Part shown: positions 39,312 through 48,793 of the stretch, one piece after another
Position numbering within the stretch: the first letter of the stretch is position 1
Layout of the letters: every line of letters starts with the position of its first letter
NCBI GenBank assembly: GCA_035501175.1
Contig: DATJWQ010000012.1
Location: 14,424 to 78,423, forward strand
Source of the DNA: Verrucomicrobiia bacterium
GTDB lineage: Bacteria; Verrucomicrobiota; Verrucomicrobiia; Palsa-1439
DNA length: 64,000 nt
Reading direction: 5' to 3'
Program-made: the position numbers and the translations under genes
The notes under the pieces: model-generated
Database searches by the model: none
What the model was told of the DNA's origin: nothing
The model's input: the letters and a program-made list of their open reading frames with translations, nothing else

Positions 39312-40712
39312 GTGGTTCCTAATATCGGGTTCATGCCTTCGCGGATTCTGTTGATCAGCAGCAATCGTTGCGACCAGCCGTACCCGGTATTCCCGCTTGG
39401 GTTGGCCCATATTGATACCGCCTTGCGACACGCAGGTCATCGTACCCGCGTGTACGACGCCCAGGCCAGTCAGGATCCCCTCGAGAAAATCCTGGTGGAT
39501 TTCCAGCCCAATGTCGTCGGCGTTTCGCTGCGCAACGTCGACGATGTCCAATCTGTCACCCGCGAAACTTATTTCGGTGACGCGGTCACTCTTTGCCACA
39601 CGATCCGCCGTCTGTGCCGCTGCCCGATCGTTCTCGGCGGCACCGCCTTTTCCATTTTCCCCGAGCAATTGCTCAATCTGACCACTGCCGATTACGGTAT
39701 CCACGGCCCCGGTGAAGCCGCCTTCAATCACCTTGTCGACGCCCTTGCCAACCATACCGACCCGGGCGCCATCCCGGGTCTGGTCTACCGCCGTGGAGAC
39801 CGGGTCGTCATGAATCCGCGCGACCCGTGCGATTCCGCCTCCCTCGGCCCCGCTGAACGTCCCCAGGACCTGGTCGACTTCTATGTCCGACGCAGTTCGA
39901 TGGTGAGCATCTCCACCCAGCGGGGTTGCGCGCTGCCATGCTGCTTTTGCACCTACCCGCTGATCGAAGGACGGGAGAACCGCCAGCGCCCGCCCGAAGA
40001 AGTTGCTGACGAGCTGGCAGCCATTGAGCGGCAGGGCGCAAAGCATGTCTTCATCGCCGATGCCGTATTCAACCTGTCCAACGATCACGTCGTCGGCGTG
40101 TGCGAGGCCATCCTGCGCCGCCGCGTCAAACTGACGTGGACCTGTTTCCTGCGTCCGAAGAATCTGACGGCCGAATTGATGACGCTGATGGCGCGAGCGG
40201 GATTGACGCACATCGAATTCGGCGCCGACAGCTTCTGCGATGACGTGCTCGCCGAATACGGCAAGACGTTCGGCTTCGACGATATCGCTCACTCAACCAA
40301 ATTGGCCCGCGCCGCCCGGGTTCATTGCAGCCATTTCATCATCTGCGGCGGCCCGGGCGAAACGCCGGCAACGTTGCGGACCTCCTTCGAGAATTCACAG
40401 AGGCTGATGGGCGCAATCATTTTCGCGTTTGTCGGGATGCGCATCTATCCCGGTACCCCGTTGTTCGCGCGGGCCGTTCGCGAGGGGATCGTCCGGGCGG
40501 ACGCCGACCTGCTGGATCCCACCTTCTACATATCGCCCGCGCTTACCGAGCCGCGACTGTTGGACCAACTGGCCGGGTTCGCGAGGCTCGCCTCGAGTTG
40601 GATCGTCGGCCCGTTGCCGGCCACGTTCGCCCCGATTGCCGAGCGGCTCCGCCAGCGAGGAGTGGTCGGTCCGTTGTGGGAATACTACACGGCGCTCCGC
40701 CGGACAAACTGA
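39312..40712 (+). CDS. B12-binding radical SAM protein (paralog; divergently transcribed from the first)
   Basis: B12-binding N-terminus (ILLISSNRCDQPYPVFPLGLAHI...VVGVSLR) and an rSAM cluster motif (STQRGCALPCCFCTY). Confidence 0.75.
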   Translation: MVPNIGFMPSRILLISSNRCDQPYPVFPLGLAHIDTALRHAGHRTRVYDAQASQDPLEKILVDFQPNVVGVSLRNVDDVQSVTRETYFGDAVTLCHTIRRLCRCPIVLGGTAFSIFPEQLLNLTTADYGIHGPGEAAFNHLVDALANHTDPGAIPGLVYRRGDRVVMNPRDPCDSASLGPAERPQDLVDFYVRRSSMVSISTQRGCALPCCFCTYPLIEGRENRQRPPEEVADELAAIERQGAKHVFIADAVFNLSNDHVVGVCEAILRRRVKLTWTCFLRPKNLTAELMTLMARAGLTHIEFGADSFCDDVLAEYGKTFGFDDIAHSTKLARAARVHCSHFIICGGPGETPATLRTSFENSQRLMGAIIFAFVGMRIYPGTPLFARAVREGIVRADADLLDPTFYISPALTEPRLLDQLAGFARLASSWIVGPLPATFAPIAERLRQRGVVGPLWEYYTALRRTN

Positions 40713-40713
40713 G

Positions 40714-43014
40714 ATGATGGATGGCTCCAATGCGATCGTGGTGATCACCGGCATCGGCGCCGTAACGCCGCTGGGCGCTGATGTGGCCACCACGTGGCAA
40801 CGGCTCATCGCCGGCGCCGACGCGCGGGCTCCGATCACGCTGTTCGATGTCTCCGGCTGCCGTTGCCGGCACGGTGCCCAGGCGCGGATACCGGAATTGC
40901 CCGAGGTTGACCCGCGCCGGCTGCGGCGGTGGTCGCGGGCAACCCGCTTGGCGGCTCCGGCATTCCGCGAGGCGCTGGCAATGGCGGCGTTGCTCGACGG
41001 AAACGGACGTTCCAAACACAGGCAACTGACGTTGTCGGTCAGCACCACCGGCGGCGCCATGGCGCTGGGCGAGCGCTTCCTGCGGGGACTGCTCTCGCGC
41101 CGTCGCGGACCCGGACGCATCTTTGACGTATCGCACTATCAGGGCCAACACCAACTCCTCGACTTGCAGGATCACTTCGCGTTTCGCGGCCCGGTCACAA
41201 TCATCACGAATACCTGCGCCGGTGGCGCCAACGCCATCGGTCACGCGGCGGACCTGATCCGGGCCGGGCAGGCGGACCTGGTGGTCACAGGGGGGTACGA
41301 ACCGTTGACCGAACTCATCTTCGTCGGCTTCGACTGCCTGCAGGCGATGAGCACCGACCAATGCCGTCCGTTCGACACCACGCGCAGCGGTCTGATGCTC
41401 GGCGAGGCGGCGGCGTTCCTCGTCCTCGAATCCGAGCAGCGCGCCCGCCAACGCGGCGCGAAGATTCTCGGTGTGTTGGCCGGCTACGGGCATGGGACCG
41501 ATCTCTATCATCTCACACAACCGCATCCGCGCGGCGCCGCTCTGGTCGCCGCGATGCGTCAGGCGCTTGCCCGGTCGGGCGTGGCTCTCGCCGACGTCGG
41601 CTATCTCAACGCCCACGGCACGGGCACGCCGCTCAATGACGCCAGCGAATGCGTGGCGTTCAGCGAGGTGTTCGGCGCGAACAGCCATCTGCGCCTGAGT
41701 TCCACGAAAGGAGCCATCGGACACACCCTCGGTGCCGCAGGCGCCATCGAGGCCGTGTTCGCGTTGCAGGCGCTGACCACAGGCGATTTGCCTCCCAATC
41801 TTCATGTGCGGCAACCAGAACCCACCGTCGCTTCCCAACTGGTGACCGGCCACGAACGTGCTCCGTCAATCCGCGCGACGATGAGCGTGAATCTTGGTTT
41901 CGGAGGACCCAACGCCGCGTTGGTGTTTGCACGGTATGTTGACCCGCCTGCGGGAATGAAGTCCGTGTCGCGATCGACGCTTCTGGCTGCTGAACCGAAT
42001 GCCACGATTGGCGTTGGTACCACGAAGTTTCCGCGGCCCCTGGCGATCTGCGGAACAGGCGTGGTCTTGCCGGAAGGCGAACCGAAACGGATGGCTGGTC
42101 TGGCCGGGCACGAATTTCCGGTGAGACGCGTCGACGTACTACGCCCTGAGTTGGCGCGCTGGCAGAAGCTGCCGTCCGTCCGTCGGGCAAGTCCGCTGAC
42201 GTTGTTCATGATTGAGGCGGCGCAGCGCGCACTGGATGCCGCCGGCGGGATCACGGTGGTAAAGCCTTCCACGCTTGGGATCGTTGCCGCCTATCACACC
42301 GGCACGCTGGTCCCGACGGGCCAATTCTTCCAGGGTGTCGTGAAAAATGGCCAGCGCTTCGGCAGCCCGAACGTGTTCCCGGAGACCGTATTCAACGCGC
42401 CCACCAGCCACCTCGCGACCGCCCTGGGGGTTGCCGGGCCAGCGTACTCCGTGCTCTCGGATGACACCGCGTGGGTCGCAGCGATCAATGTGGCCGCGAC
42501 GTGGCTCGCCAACCGCCTGGTCGAGCACGTGCTGGTTGTTGCCGGCGAAGAACTGGATCCCATGGCCGTGGATGCCTACGCAACGGTGCGATGGTTGCGC
42601 CGAAATAACGGATTCGTGCCCGCGGAAGGTGCTGGCGCCTTGGTGTTACGCGCGGCAAATCCCGATGATCCGGTGCAAATCATCGCGTCTGCCGAAGGGT
42701 TTACTCATCGCAATAAGAGACAATCCCGAACCGCTGCGGAAGACTTGTTCTCTCAGTTCCCAGATGTGCGCCATGTGGGGCGGACGGCCGCGGGCACGTT
42801 GTGGGATGCGCTCGAATCCGAAATCCACAAATCCCGCGGGTTCGATGCGCCAGCCGGCGGCGCGAATCCGGGTGCGGCATTTGTGGCGTCGGCTGCCTGG
42901 CATACAGTCTCGGCAGCGGAGGATGTCCGATCAAACGCAAAGGAACTTTTGGTCCCGATTTGGGGCCATAGTCAGCAACATTCCGCACTGCTGCTCGCCG
43001 GATCTTCGGCTTGA
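40714..43014 (+). CDS. Fused beta-ketoacyl synthase (active KS, Cys-His-His) plus KS-like chain-length-factor domain lacking the active-site Cys
   Basis: Domain 1 has TNTCAGGANAIGHAADL (Cys), NAHGTGT, and KGAIGHTLGAAG. Domain 2 (from about LAICGTGVVLPEG) has the KS fold with SVLSDDTAW in place of the Cys motif. The ATG at 40714 follows the rSAM stop by 1 nt. Confidence 0.75.
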   Translation: MMDGSNAIVVITGIGAVTPLGADVATTWQRLIAGADARAPITLFDVSGCRCRHGAQARIPELPEVDPRRLRRWSRATRLAAPAFREALAMAALLDGNGRSKHRQLTLSVSTTGGAMALGERFLRGLLSRRRGPGRIFDVSHYQGQHQLLDLQDHFAFRGPVTIITNTCAGGANAIGHAADLIRAGQADLVVTGGYEPLTELIFVGFDCLQAMSTDQCRPFDTTRSGLMLGEAAAFLVLESEQRARQRGAKILGVLAGYGHGTDLYHLTQPHPRGAALVAAMRQALARSGVALADVGYLNAHGTGTPLNDASECVAFSEVFGANSHLRLSSTKGAIGHTLGAAGAIEAVFALQALTTGDLPPNLHVRQPEPTVASQLVTGHERAPSIRATMSVNLGFGGPNAALVFARYVDPPAGMKSVSRSTLLAAEPNATIGVGTTKFPRPLAICGTGVVLPEGEPKRMAGLAGHEFPVRRVDVLRPELARWQKLPSVRRASPLTLFMIEAAQRALDAAGGITVVKPSTLGIVAAYHTGTLVPTGQFFQGVVKNGQRFGSPNVFPETVFNAPTSHLATALGVAGPAYSVLSDDTAWVAAINVAATWLANRLVEHVLVVAGEELDPMAVDAYATVRWLRRNNGFVPAEGAGALVLRAANPDDPVQIIASAEGFTHRNKRQSRTAAEDLFSQFPDVRHVGRTAAGTLWDALESEIHKSRGFDAPAGGANPGAAFVASAAWHTVSAAEDVRSNAKELLVPIWGHSQQHSALLLAGSSA

Positions 43015-43255
43015 GCAATCCCCCGGATGGTCCGTTGCGCTCCGCGCAATTCCGCCAAACAACGAACGGAGGGGATTCGGATGGTGATAATTATTGAGGC
43101 TAATATCACGTGTTGCGGATCAATATAGCAGGACCAATCACTGATCGGGGTCGCTCTCAAGACGACATTGACTTTTGGTCAAACCGAGTATTAAAAACAC
43201 GCCTTGGGATTTTCGACCAGGGTGTTTTCCCTGACCTTAAGGAGAAGCGAGTTAA

Positions 43256-44761
43256 GTGCGCGAGTGGTGTCATGCCATTATCGGCCTTGTACTTGTAACA
43301 GCGCCCGTCAGCGCAGCTACCTTCTATGTCGCCCCCACGGGCAACGACGCAAACTCTGGCGCCATTGACGCTCCATTATCCAACATCGCCGTGGCCGTCA
43401 ATCTTGTTGGGGCCGGCGACACCATCTATCTCCGGGGGGGGACGTACTCCTACTCGACCACGATCAACCTCACAAATGCCGGTACGCCCGCCGCCCCCAT
43501 CAAACTCTGGGCCTACCCGAACGAACATCCGTTCATCGATTTTTCCTCGATGGCCGACAACGACGCCAATCGCGGGTTTCGCATCACCACGAACGCGGCA
43601 TCGGGACTTGGCGGTTGTTATTGGTACATCAAGGGGCTGGAAGTGTACCGGGCCGGCGACAACGGGATGAAGATCGAGGGCAGTGGCAACATCATCGAGT
43701 TCTGTTCGTTCCACCATAACCACGATAGCGGCCTGCAGATCGGCCTCGGCGACAGCGACCTGGATCTCCCGTTCCGTGTCTGCTCCAACCAGATTATCAA
43801 CTGCGATTCCTACCTGAATTACGATCCGCGGCATGGCGGTGGAAATGCCGATGGCTTCTGCTGCAAGCTTCATCCGGGACAGGGCAACGTGTTCCGCGGC
43901 TGTCGTTCGTGGGAAAACTCCGATGATGGCTGGGACCTCTACAAAAACCAATACGATGTCACGCTCGATAATTGCTGGACGTGGCACAATGGCGACCCCG
44001 CCAGCTTCGGAACGAATTCAGCCGGCAACGCCGAAGGCTTCAAGCTCGGCGGTGATACGGATTTCTACGGCCCGCGCATGGTGACGCGATGCATCGCCTT
44101 CATGAATCATTTCGGCGGCTCGGGCGCCGGCAAGGCCTTCCACCAAAACGATCATCAGGGCCCGATCACGCTGCTCAACTGCCTGTCGTTCTCCAATAAC
44201 TACGATTACGCCCTCAACAACAGCGGCGGCACGCACACCGTGGAGAATTGCGTCGGCTTCGATCCGTATGGTCCGGACCACAAGCTTGTTTCCAGCAACA
44301 GCACCAGCAGTGACATTTATATCAATAACAGTTGGAACCTGCCGGTCACGCCCAACATCGCGGATTACGTCGTTCTCACCGAAGACGCCGCCAAAGCGCC
44401 GCGCCAGGCCGACGGCAGTTTGCCCAACAACGGCTTTGCCCGGCTGGTCGCCGGCAGCGATTTGATCGACAAAGGCGTGAACGTCGGGTTGCCGTTCAAC
44501 GGCCCGGCACCGGATCTTGGCCCGTTCGAGTTTTCATTCCCGCGTATGGTGCTGATCGATGCCATCTCGATGACCGACACGGGCCTCAACTTGCACGTGA
44601 CCGGACTTACCAGCGACGGACCCATTGTCGTGCTTGCCTCGCCCGATCTTGCGGCGTGGACGCCGATTTTCACCAACCCGCCCGTCACGGGAGGCTGGAC
44701 GTACGTCGACCCCAACGCGGCGAATATGACACAGCAGTTCTATCAGGTAGAGGAACAATAG
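43256..44761 (+). CDS. Secreted right-handed beta-helix (pectate-lyase-fold) polysaccharide lyase-like protein 1 with C-terminal ~70-aa module
   Basis: Signal peptide. FYVAPTGNDANSG...GAGDTIYLRGGTYSY N-terminal signature of beta-helix lyases, repeated NxDG/GFKLGG turns, and a C-terminus ending QQFYQVEEQ. Confidence 0.6.
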   Translation: MREWCHAIIGLVLVTAPVSAATFYVAPTGNDANSGAIDAPLSNIAVAVNLVGAGDTIYLRGGTYSYSTTINLTNAGTPAAPIKLWAYPNEHPFIDFSSMADNDANRGFRITTNAASGLGGCYWYIKGLEVYRAGDNGMKIEGSGNIIEFCSFHHNHDSGLQIGLGDSDLDLPFRVCSNQIINCDSYLNYDPRHGGGNADGFCCKLHPGQGNVFRGCRSWENSDDGWDLYKNQYDVTLDNCWTWHNGDPASFGTNSAGNAEGFKLGGDTDFYGPRMVTRCIAFMNHFGGSGAGKAFHQNDHQGPITLLNCLSFSNNYDYALNNSGGTHTVENCVGFDPYGPDHKLVSSNSTSSDIYINNSWNLPVTPNIADYVVLTEDAAKAPRQADGSLPNNGFARLVAGSDLIDKGVNVGLPFNGPAPDLGPFEFSFPRMVLIDAISMTDTGLNLHVTGLTSDGPIVVLASPDLAAWTPIFTNPPVTGGWTYVDPNAANMTQQFYQVEEQ

Positions 44762-44772
44762 GAATACCATAT

Positions 44773-46227
44773 ATGACCGACTCACTCCGACGAACCGCGA
44801 TGTTCGTCATCGGCTCGCTGGTCGTCGTTTCGGTAAACGTGGGTGCCACCGTCTACTACGTCGCCACCAACGGGAATGACTCGGCCTCGGGTACGTCAAC
44901 CAACACACCTTGGCGGACACCAGAGCGGGGAGTCATCTCAATCCTCGCCGGCGATACACTCTATGTCCGCGGCGGCACCTACATGCTGACCAACCAGGTC
45001 AAAGTGGCCAAGGCCGGCGTGGCGACAAATTACTGCCACATGTGGGCCTATCCCGGAGAGCATCCTGTTTTCAATGCCACCAACCTGCCTTCCGGCGACC
45101 GCGGCATTTATATCGGCAAGGATTTCTGGCACGTCAAGGGAATCGAGGTGGAGTTCGCCCCGGACAACGGCATCATCATCACCAGCGGCTCGAACATCGT
45201 GGAAGGTTGCGTGATCCACGATTGCGGCAACGACGGGATGACCATTGGCAGCACGTCGGCCCTGGGCCATGACAACCTTATCCTGAACTGTGATTCCTAC
45301 CGCAACTATACACCCGGCAGCAGCGGCAACGACGGCGACGGGTTCTCGGCCAAGACCGGTTGCGGCCCCAACAATGTCTTCGAAGGGTGCCGCTCCTATC
45401 TGAATTCCGACGACGGCTGGGATTTCTATGACAATGACGCTAATACCGTCATCCTTTCGAACTGCTGGTCCTTCATGAACGGCTCGAACCAGTGGAACGT
45501 GTCCGGGTTTCAGGGGAACGGGAATGGTTTCAAGTTGGGCGGCTCGGGCACCCACGCCCGTCACACCCTCAAACAGTGCATGGCCTTCGACAACCACTCC
45601 AAGGGCTTCGACTATAATCTCAGTGTCGGCGGCCACACGTTGCTTAACTGCACCAGCTTCCGTAACGTTAACCCCAATTACGAGTTCCCCGTCACGCCGA
45701 GTACCGGCACCGATGTGTTCGAGAATTGCATCTCCTACCTCGGCGTCGTCGACATCATCGCCGGCTCCATCCAGGTATCCAACAGTTGGCAAAATGGCCT
45801 GACCGTGAGCGGCTCGGATTTCGTCAGCCTGGATTCGTCGCTGGCATTTGCGTCGCGCAACCCCGATTACAGTTTGCCCACGAACGGCTTTGCGCGGCTG
45901 GCCGCGGGCAGCGACCTGATCGATGCCGGCATCAATGTCGGTCTGCCCTACAACGGCAGCGCGCCCGACCTGGGGGCGTATGAGTTCGTTCCCGTCGCAA
46001 CACCGCAACAAGCCATCTTTATCGATGCCGTCAGTCAAACGACAACCGGCCTGTTCCTCGAGGTCGTTGGATTGACCAGCCACGGACCGGTGATCGTGTA
46101 CTCATCGCCGGACCTGATGGTTTGGACCCCGATCTTCACCAACCCGCCCGTCACGGGAACCTGGCAATTCACGGACCCGTCGGCAACCAACTCGCAACAG
46201 CAGTTCTACCAGGTACAGGAGCAATAG
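44773..46227 (+). CDS. Secreted beta-helix polysaccharide lyase-like protein 2 (paralog of 1)
   Basis: Start MTDSLRRTAMFVIGSLVVV. YYVATNGNDSASG...GDTLYVRGGTY. C-terminus ending QQFYQVQEQ. The ORF-track extension into gene 1 was rejected. Confidence 0.6.
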   Translation: MTDSLRRTAMFVIGSLVVVSVNVGATVYYVATNGNDSASGTSTNTPWRTPERGVISILAGDTLYVRGGTYMLTNQVKVAKAGVATNYCHMWAYPGEHPVFNATNLPSGDRGIYIGKDFWHVKGIEVEFAPDNGIIITSGSNIVEGCVIHDCGNDGMTIGSTSALGHDNLILNCDSYRNYTPGSSGNDGDGFSAKTGCGPNNVFEGCRSYLNSDDGWDFYDNDANTVILSNCWSFMNGSNQWNVSGFQGNGNGFKLGGSGTHARHTLKQCMAFDNHSKGFDYNLSVGGHTLLNCTSFRNVNPNYEFPVTPSTGTDVFENCISYLGVVDIIAGSIQVSNSWQNGLTVSGSDFVSLDSSLAFASRNPDYSLPTNGFARLAAGSDLIDAGINVGLPYNGSAPDLGAYEFVPVATPQQAIFIDAVSQTTTGLFLEVVGLTSHGPVIVYSSPDLMVWTPIFTNPPVTGTWQFTDPSATNSQQQFYQVQEQ

Positions 46228-46234
46228 GTATTCC

Positions 46235-48745
46235 ATGAAGAAGATTCTTGTCCCCCTCGTCGTGGGAATGTTGTTCACCTCCACCGCGCACGCCGCCGTT
46301 CAGAGCCTCCCGTTCACGGATCATTTCAGTTACACAAACGGCAATCTCTACACCGTGGGAGCCGGTGTCTGGGATGCCGGTGGGAATGCCGGCCCTGAAA
46401 TCCTGGTGACCAATACCGCCGCGCTGACGGCCCCCGCGAATTTCACCAACTCAACCGGTAACGGCGTCAAGTGGACTCCGAGCGGCACCGCCCGCCGCGC
46501 CATGGTCCAATTCACCGCAATCTCCAGTAACACCCCGGGGACAACCTTGTACGCCTCGTTCCTGGTGAACCTCGTCTCGGTTTCCGGCACAAAGTTGTTC
46601 GCCTATTTCGATAATTCCACTTCGCAGCCGTCGAGTCCGCAACTGGGGATTTTCGCGACCAGTACCTCCATTGGTATCGGGAAAAAAGCCAGCAGTCCCG
46701 CGGCCTCCATCACTGTCGGCAGCGGCACGCATTTGGTCGTTGTCCGCTATACGTTCACGGGCACGTCCACCGATCAGGCCGATTTGTGGGTCGACCCGAC
46801 CAATACAACCTACAGCGCCACCAATGCCCCAACCTCCATGGGCACGGCCAGCGGTGGCAGTAATCCATCTTCCATTCCCTACTTCGGAATTTACGCCATC
46901 AGTGGCAGCGGTCCGACGCTCAACATGGATGAAGTCCGCATCGGTACCAACTGGTACGACGTCGTCGTCGGCACGCCCCCGGCTCCGCCTCCGCCGCCGG
47001 CCAGCGCGCTGCAGGTCACCCAGGTGCAAATGACCGACCAAGGGTTTGTCATGCAGGGAATTGGCGGATCATCCAACGGAGTGTTCTCGGTTCTTGCTTC
47101 GACGGACATGACCCTGACCACCGATCAGTGGACGACCGTCGGGACGTATAACTTCGATGCCAACGGCAACTTCAACGTCACGAATCCAGTGCCGGATGGT
47201 ACAGCCAACGAGTTTTTCATTTTATACACGTCCAGCGCGGCCACCACTACGCCGCCTTCCATCTCGTCCGAGCCGTCGGATCAGGTCGTCCAACTCGGCG
47301 AAGGCGTGAGCTTTGGCGTGACGGCGGACGGCTCGCAGCCGTTGTTCTATCAATGGTATGTGACCAGCAACACCGTGCTGTCCGCGGGTACGAATGCCAC
47401 CTATACGATCGCCAGCGTCTCCTCGAACGACGTGGGTGGTTATTTCGTCATTGTGTCGAACATGGCTGGCTCGACCACCAGTACCGTGGCTCAGCTCACG
47501 TTGGGCGTACCGGTCACCAACGGCGATTACTATGTCTCGAACACCGGCACCGATACCAACGACGGCTCGTTCGCGCATCCATTCTACAACATTCAAACCG
47601 CGGCCGATCTCGCGCAGCCGGGCCAAACGATCTATGTCCGTGGCGGGACCTACCCATACGTCAACACGATCCGACTCCAGGGCCATCCGGGTGCGAACGG
47701 CGCGATGATCAATTTGTTCGCGTACCCTGGCGAACACCCGATCCTCGATTTCTCGTCTCAGCCAATCGGTGATTCCAGCCGCGGAATCTACCTGACCAAC
47801 GACTACTGGTACATCAAGGGGCTCGAGGTTGAGCATTGTGGCGATAACGGCATGAAGGTCGAAGGAAGTCACAACATCATCGAACAATGCATTTTCCACG
47901 ATAATCAGGACAGCGGTCTGCAAATTGGGTTTAGCCATCCCACCGTCAATGACGGTACGCGGGCCGCTTACAATACGATCCTCAACTGCGACTCGTACCA
48001 CAATTACGACAACGCGACGCATGGCGGCAACGCCGACGGCTTTGGCTGCAAGATGCATCCCGGCGTCGGCAACATCTTCATCGGCTGCCGTTCCTGGTAC
48101 AACTCCGATGACGGCTTCGACTTCTTTGAGACGGATTCCACCGTCATCCTGACCAATTGCTGGACTTGGCACAGCGGCGACAAGAGCCAGTTCAACACGA
48201 GTTCCTTTGGCGGCAATGGCAACGGCTTCAAGATGGGCGGCAACGGCTCGGGCGGAGACTCGAAAGGCACCCACTACGCCTACAACTGCATCGCCTTTAA
48301 TAATAGCTACGGCAACAGCAAGAACGACTTTACCGACAACAATCATGCCGACGGCGAAAATCTCTACAATTGCGTCGCTTGGGGCGGCAATTACAACTTC
48401 TTCTTCGAGCAAAACGTCAATAGCGGCAAGAGCAACGTCTTCAAGAATTGCGTGAGCTTCGCGCCCGCCGGCAATTCCGGCAACCCCGTCAAGGGCGTCT
48501 CGTTCGGCGGAGGAACCGTCATCCAGGACCACAACACCTGGACCATTCCGCTGAACGCCAGCTCCGCGGATTTCAATAGTATTGCCGAGGCCGACGCGGC
48601 CGCGCCACGCCAACCCGATGGCAGCCTGCCGACGAGTTTTGGACATCTTGTTGCCGGGAGTCAATTGATCGACTCAGGCGTCGATGTCGGGCTGCCATAC
48701 TGCGGCAGCGCCCCGGACCTGGGTGCCTACGAATATTGTCCATGA
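46235..48745 (+). CDS. Secreted modular protein: N-terminal lectin-like domain, 70-aa module, Ig-like domain, and beta-helix lyase domain (paralog of 1 and 2)
   Basis: The N-terminal domain is shared with genes 4 and 5. The beta-helix region (YYVSNTGTDTNDGS...GQTIYVRGGTYPY) is homologous to genes 1 and 2. Confidence 0.6.
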   Translation: MKKILVPLVVGMLFTSTAHAAVQSLPFTDHFSYTNGNLYTVGAGVWDAGGNAGPEILVTNTAALTAPANFTNSTGNGVKWTPSGTARRAMVQFTAISSNTPGTTLYASFLVNLVSVSGTKLFAYFDNSTSQPSSPQLGIFATSTSIGIGKKASSPAASITVGSGTHLVVVRYTFTGTSTDQADLWVDPTNTTYSATNAPTSMGTASGGSNPSSIPYFGIYAISGSGPTLNMDEVRIGTNWYDVVVGTPPAPPPPPASALQVTQVQMTDQGFVMQGIGGSSNGVFSVLASTDMTLTTDQWTTVGTYNFDANGNFNVTNPVPDGTANEFFILYTSSAATTTPPSISSEPSDQVVQLGEGVSFGVTADGSQPLFYQWYVTSNTVLSAGTNATYTIASVSSNDVGGYFVIVSNMAGSTTSTVAQLTLGVPVTNGDYYVSNTGTDTNDGSFAHPFYNIQTAADLAQPGQTIYVRGGTYPYVNTIRLQGHPGANGAMINLFAYPGEHPILDFSSQPIGDSSRGIYLTNDYWYIKGLEVEHCGDNGMKVEGSHNIIEQCIFHDNQDSGLQIGFSHPTVNDGTRAAYNTILNCDSYHNYDNATHGGNADGFGCKMHPGVGNIFIGCRSWYNSDDGFDFFETDSTVILTNCWTWHSGDKSQFNTSSFGGNGNGFKMGGNGSGGDSKGTHYAYNCIAFNNSYGNSKNDFTDNNHADGENLYNCVAWGGNYNFFFEQNVNSGKSNVFKNCVSFAPAGNSGNPVKGVSFGGGTVIQDHNTWTIPLNASSADFNSIAEADAAAPRQPDGSLPTSFGHLVAGSQLIDSGVDVGLPYCGSAPDLGAYEYCP

Positions 48746-48793
48746 ATTGAGCCAGAACAAATCGTCAATGCGGAATAACCCGTGAGGTAAGTC

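Noticed and set aside
37672-39354. 560-aa plus-strand ORF antisense to the first B12-rSAM gene
   Set aside because: Arg/Pro/His-rich low-complexity translation, while the minus strand has a clear rSAM and B12 signature.
40429-40713. N-terminal extension of the ketosynthase ORF overlapping the rSAM gene in another frame
   Set aside because: The overlap comes from an upstream alternative start. The in-frame ATGATGG at 40714 immediately after the rSAM stop gives the canonical KS N-terminus MMDGSNAIVVITGIG.
40543-41853. 436-aa minus-strand ORF antisense to the KS gene
   Set aside because: GC-frame artefact. The plus strand encodes KS with an intact catalytic triad.
44332-44772. N-terminal extension of lyase gene 2 overlapping lyase gene 1
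   Set aside because: The extension has a Pro/Arg-rich, GC-frame-artefact composition. The real start MTDSLRR at 44773 carries a signal peptide and follows the gene-1 stop.
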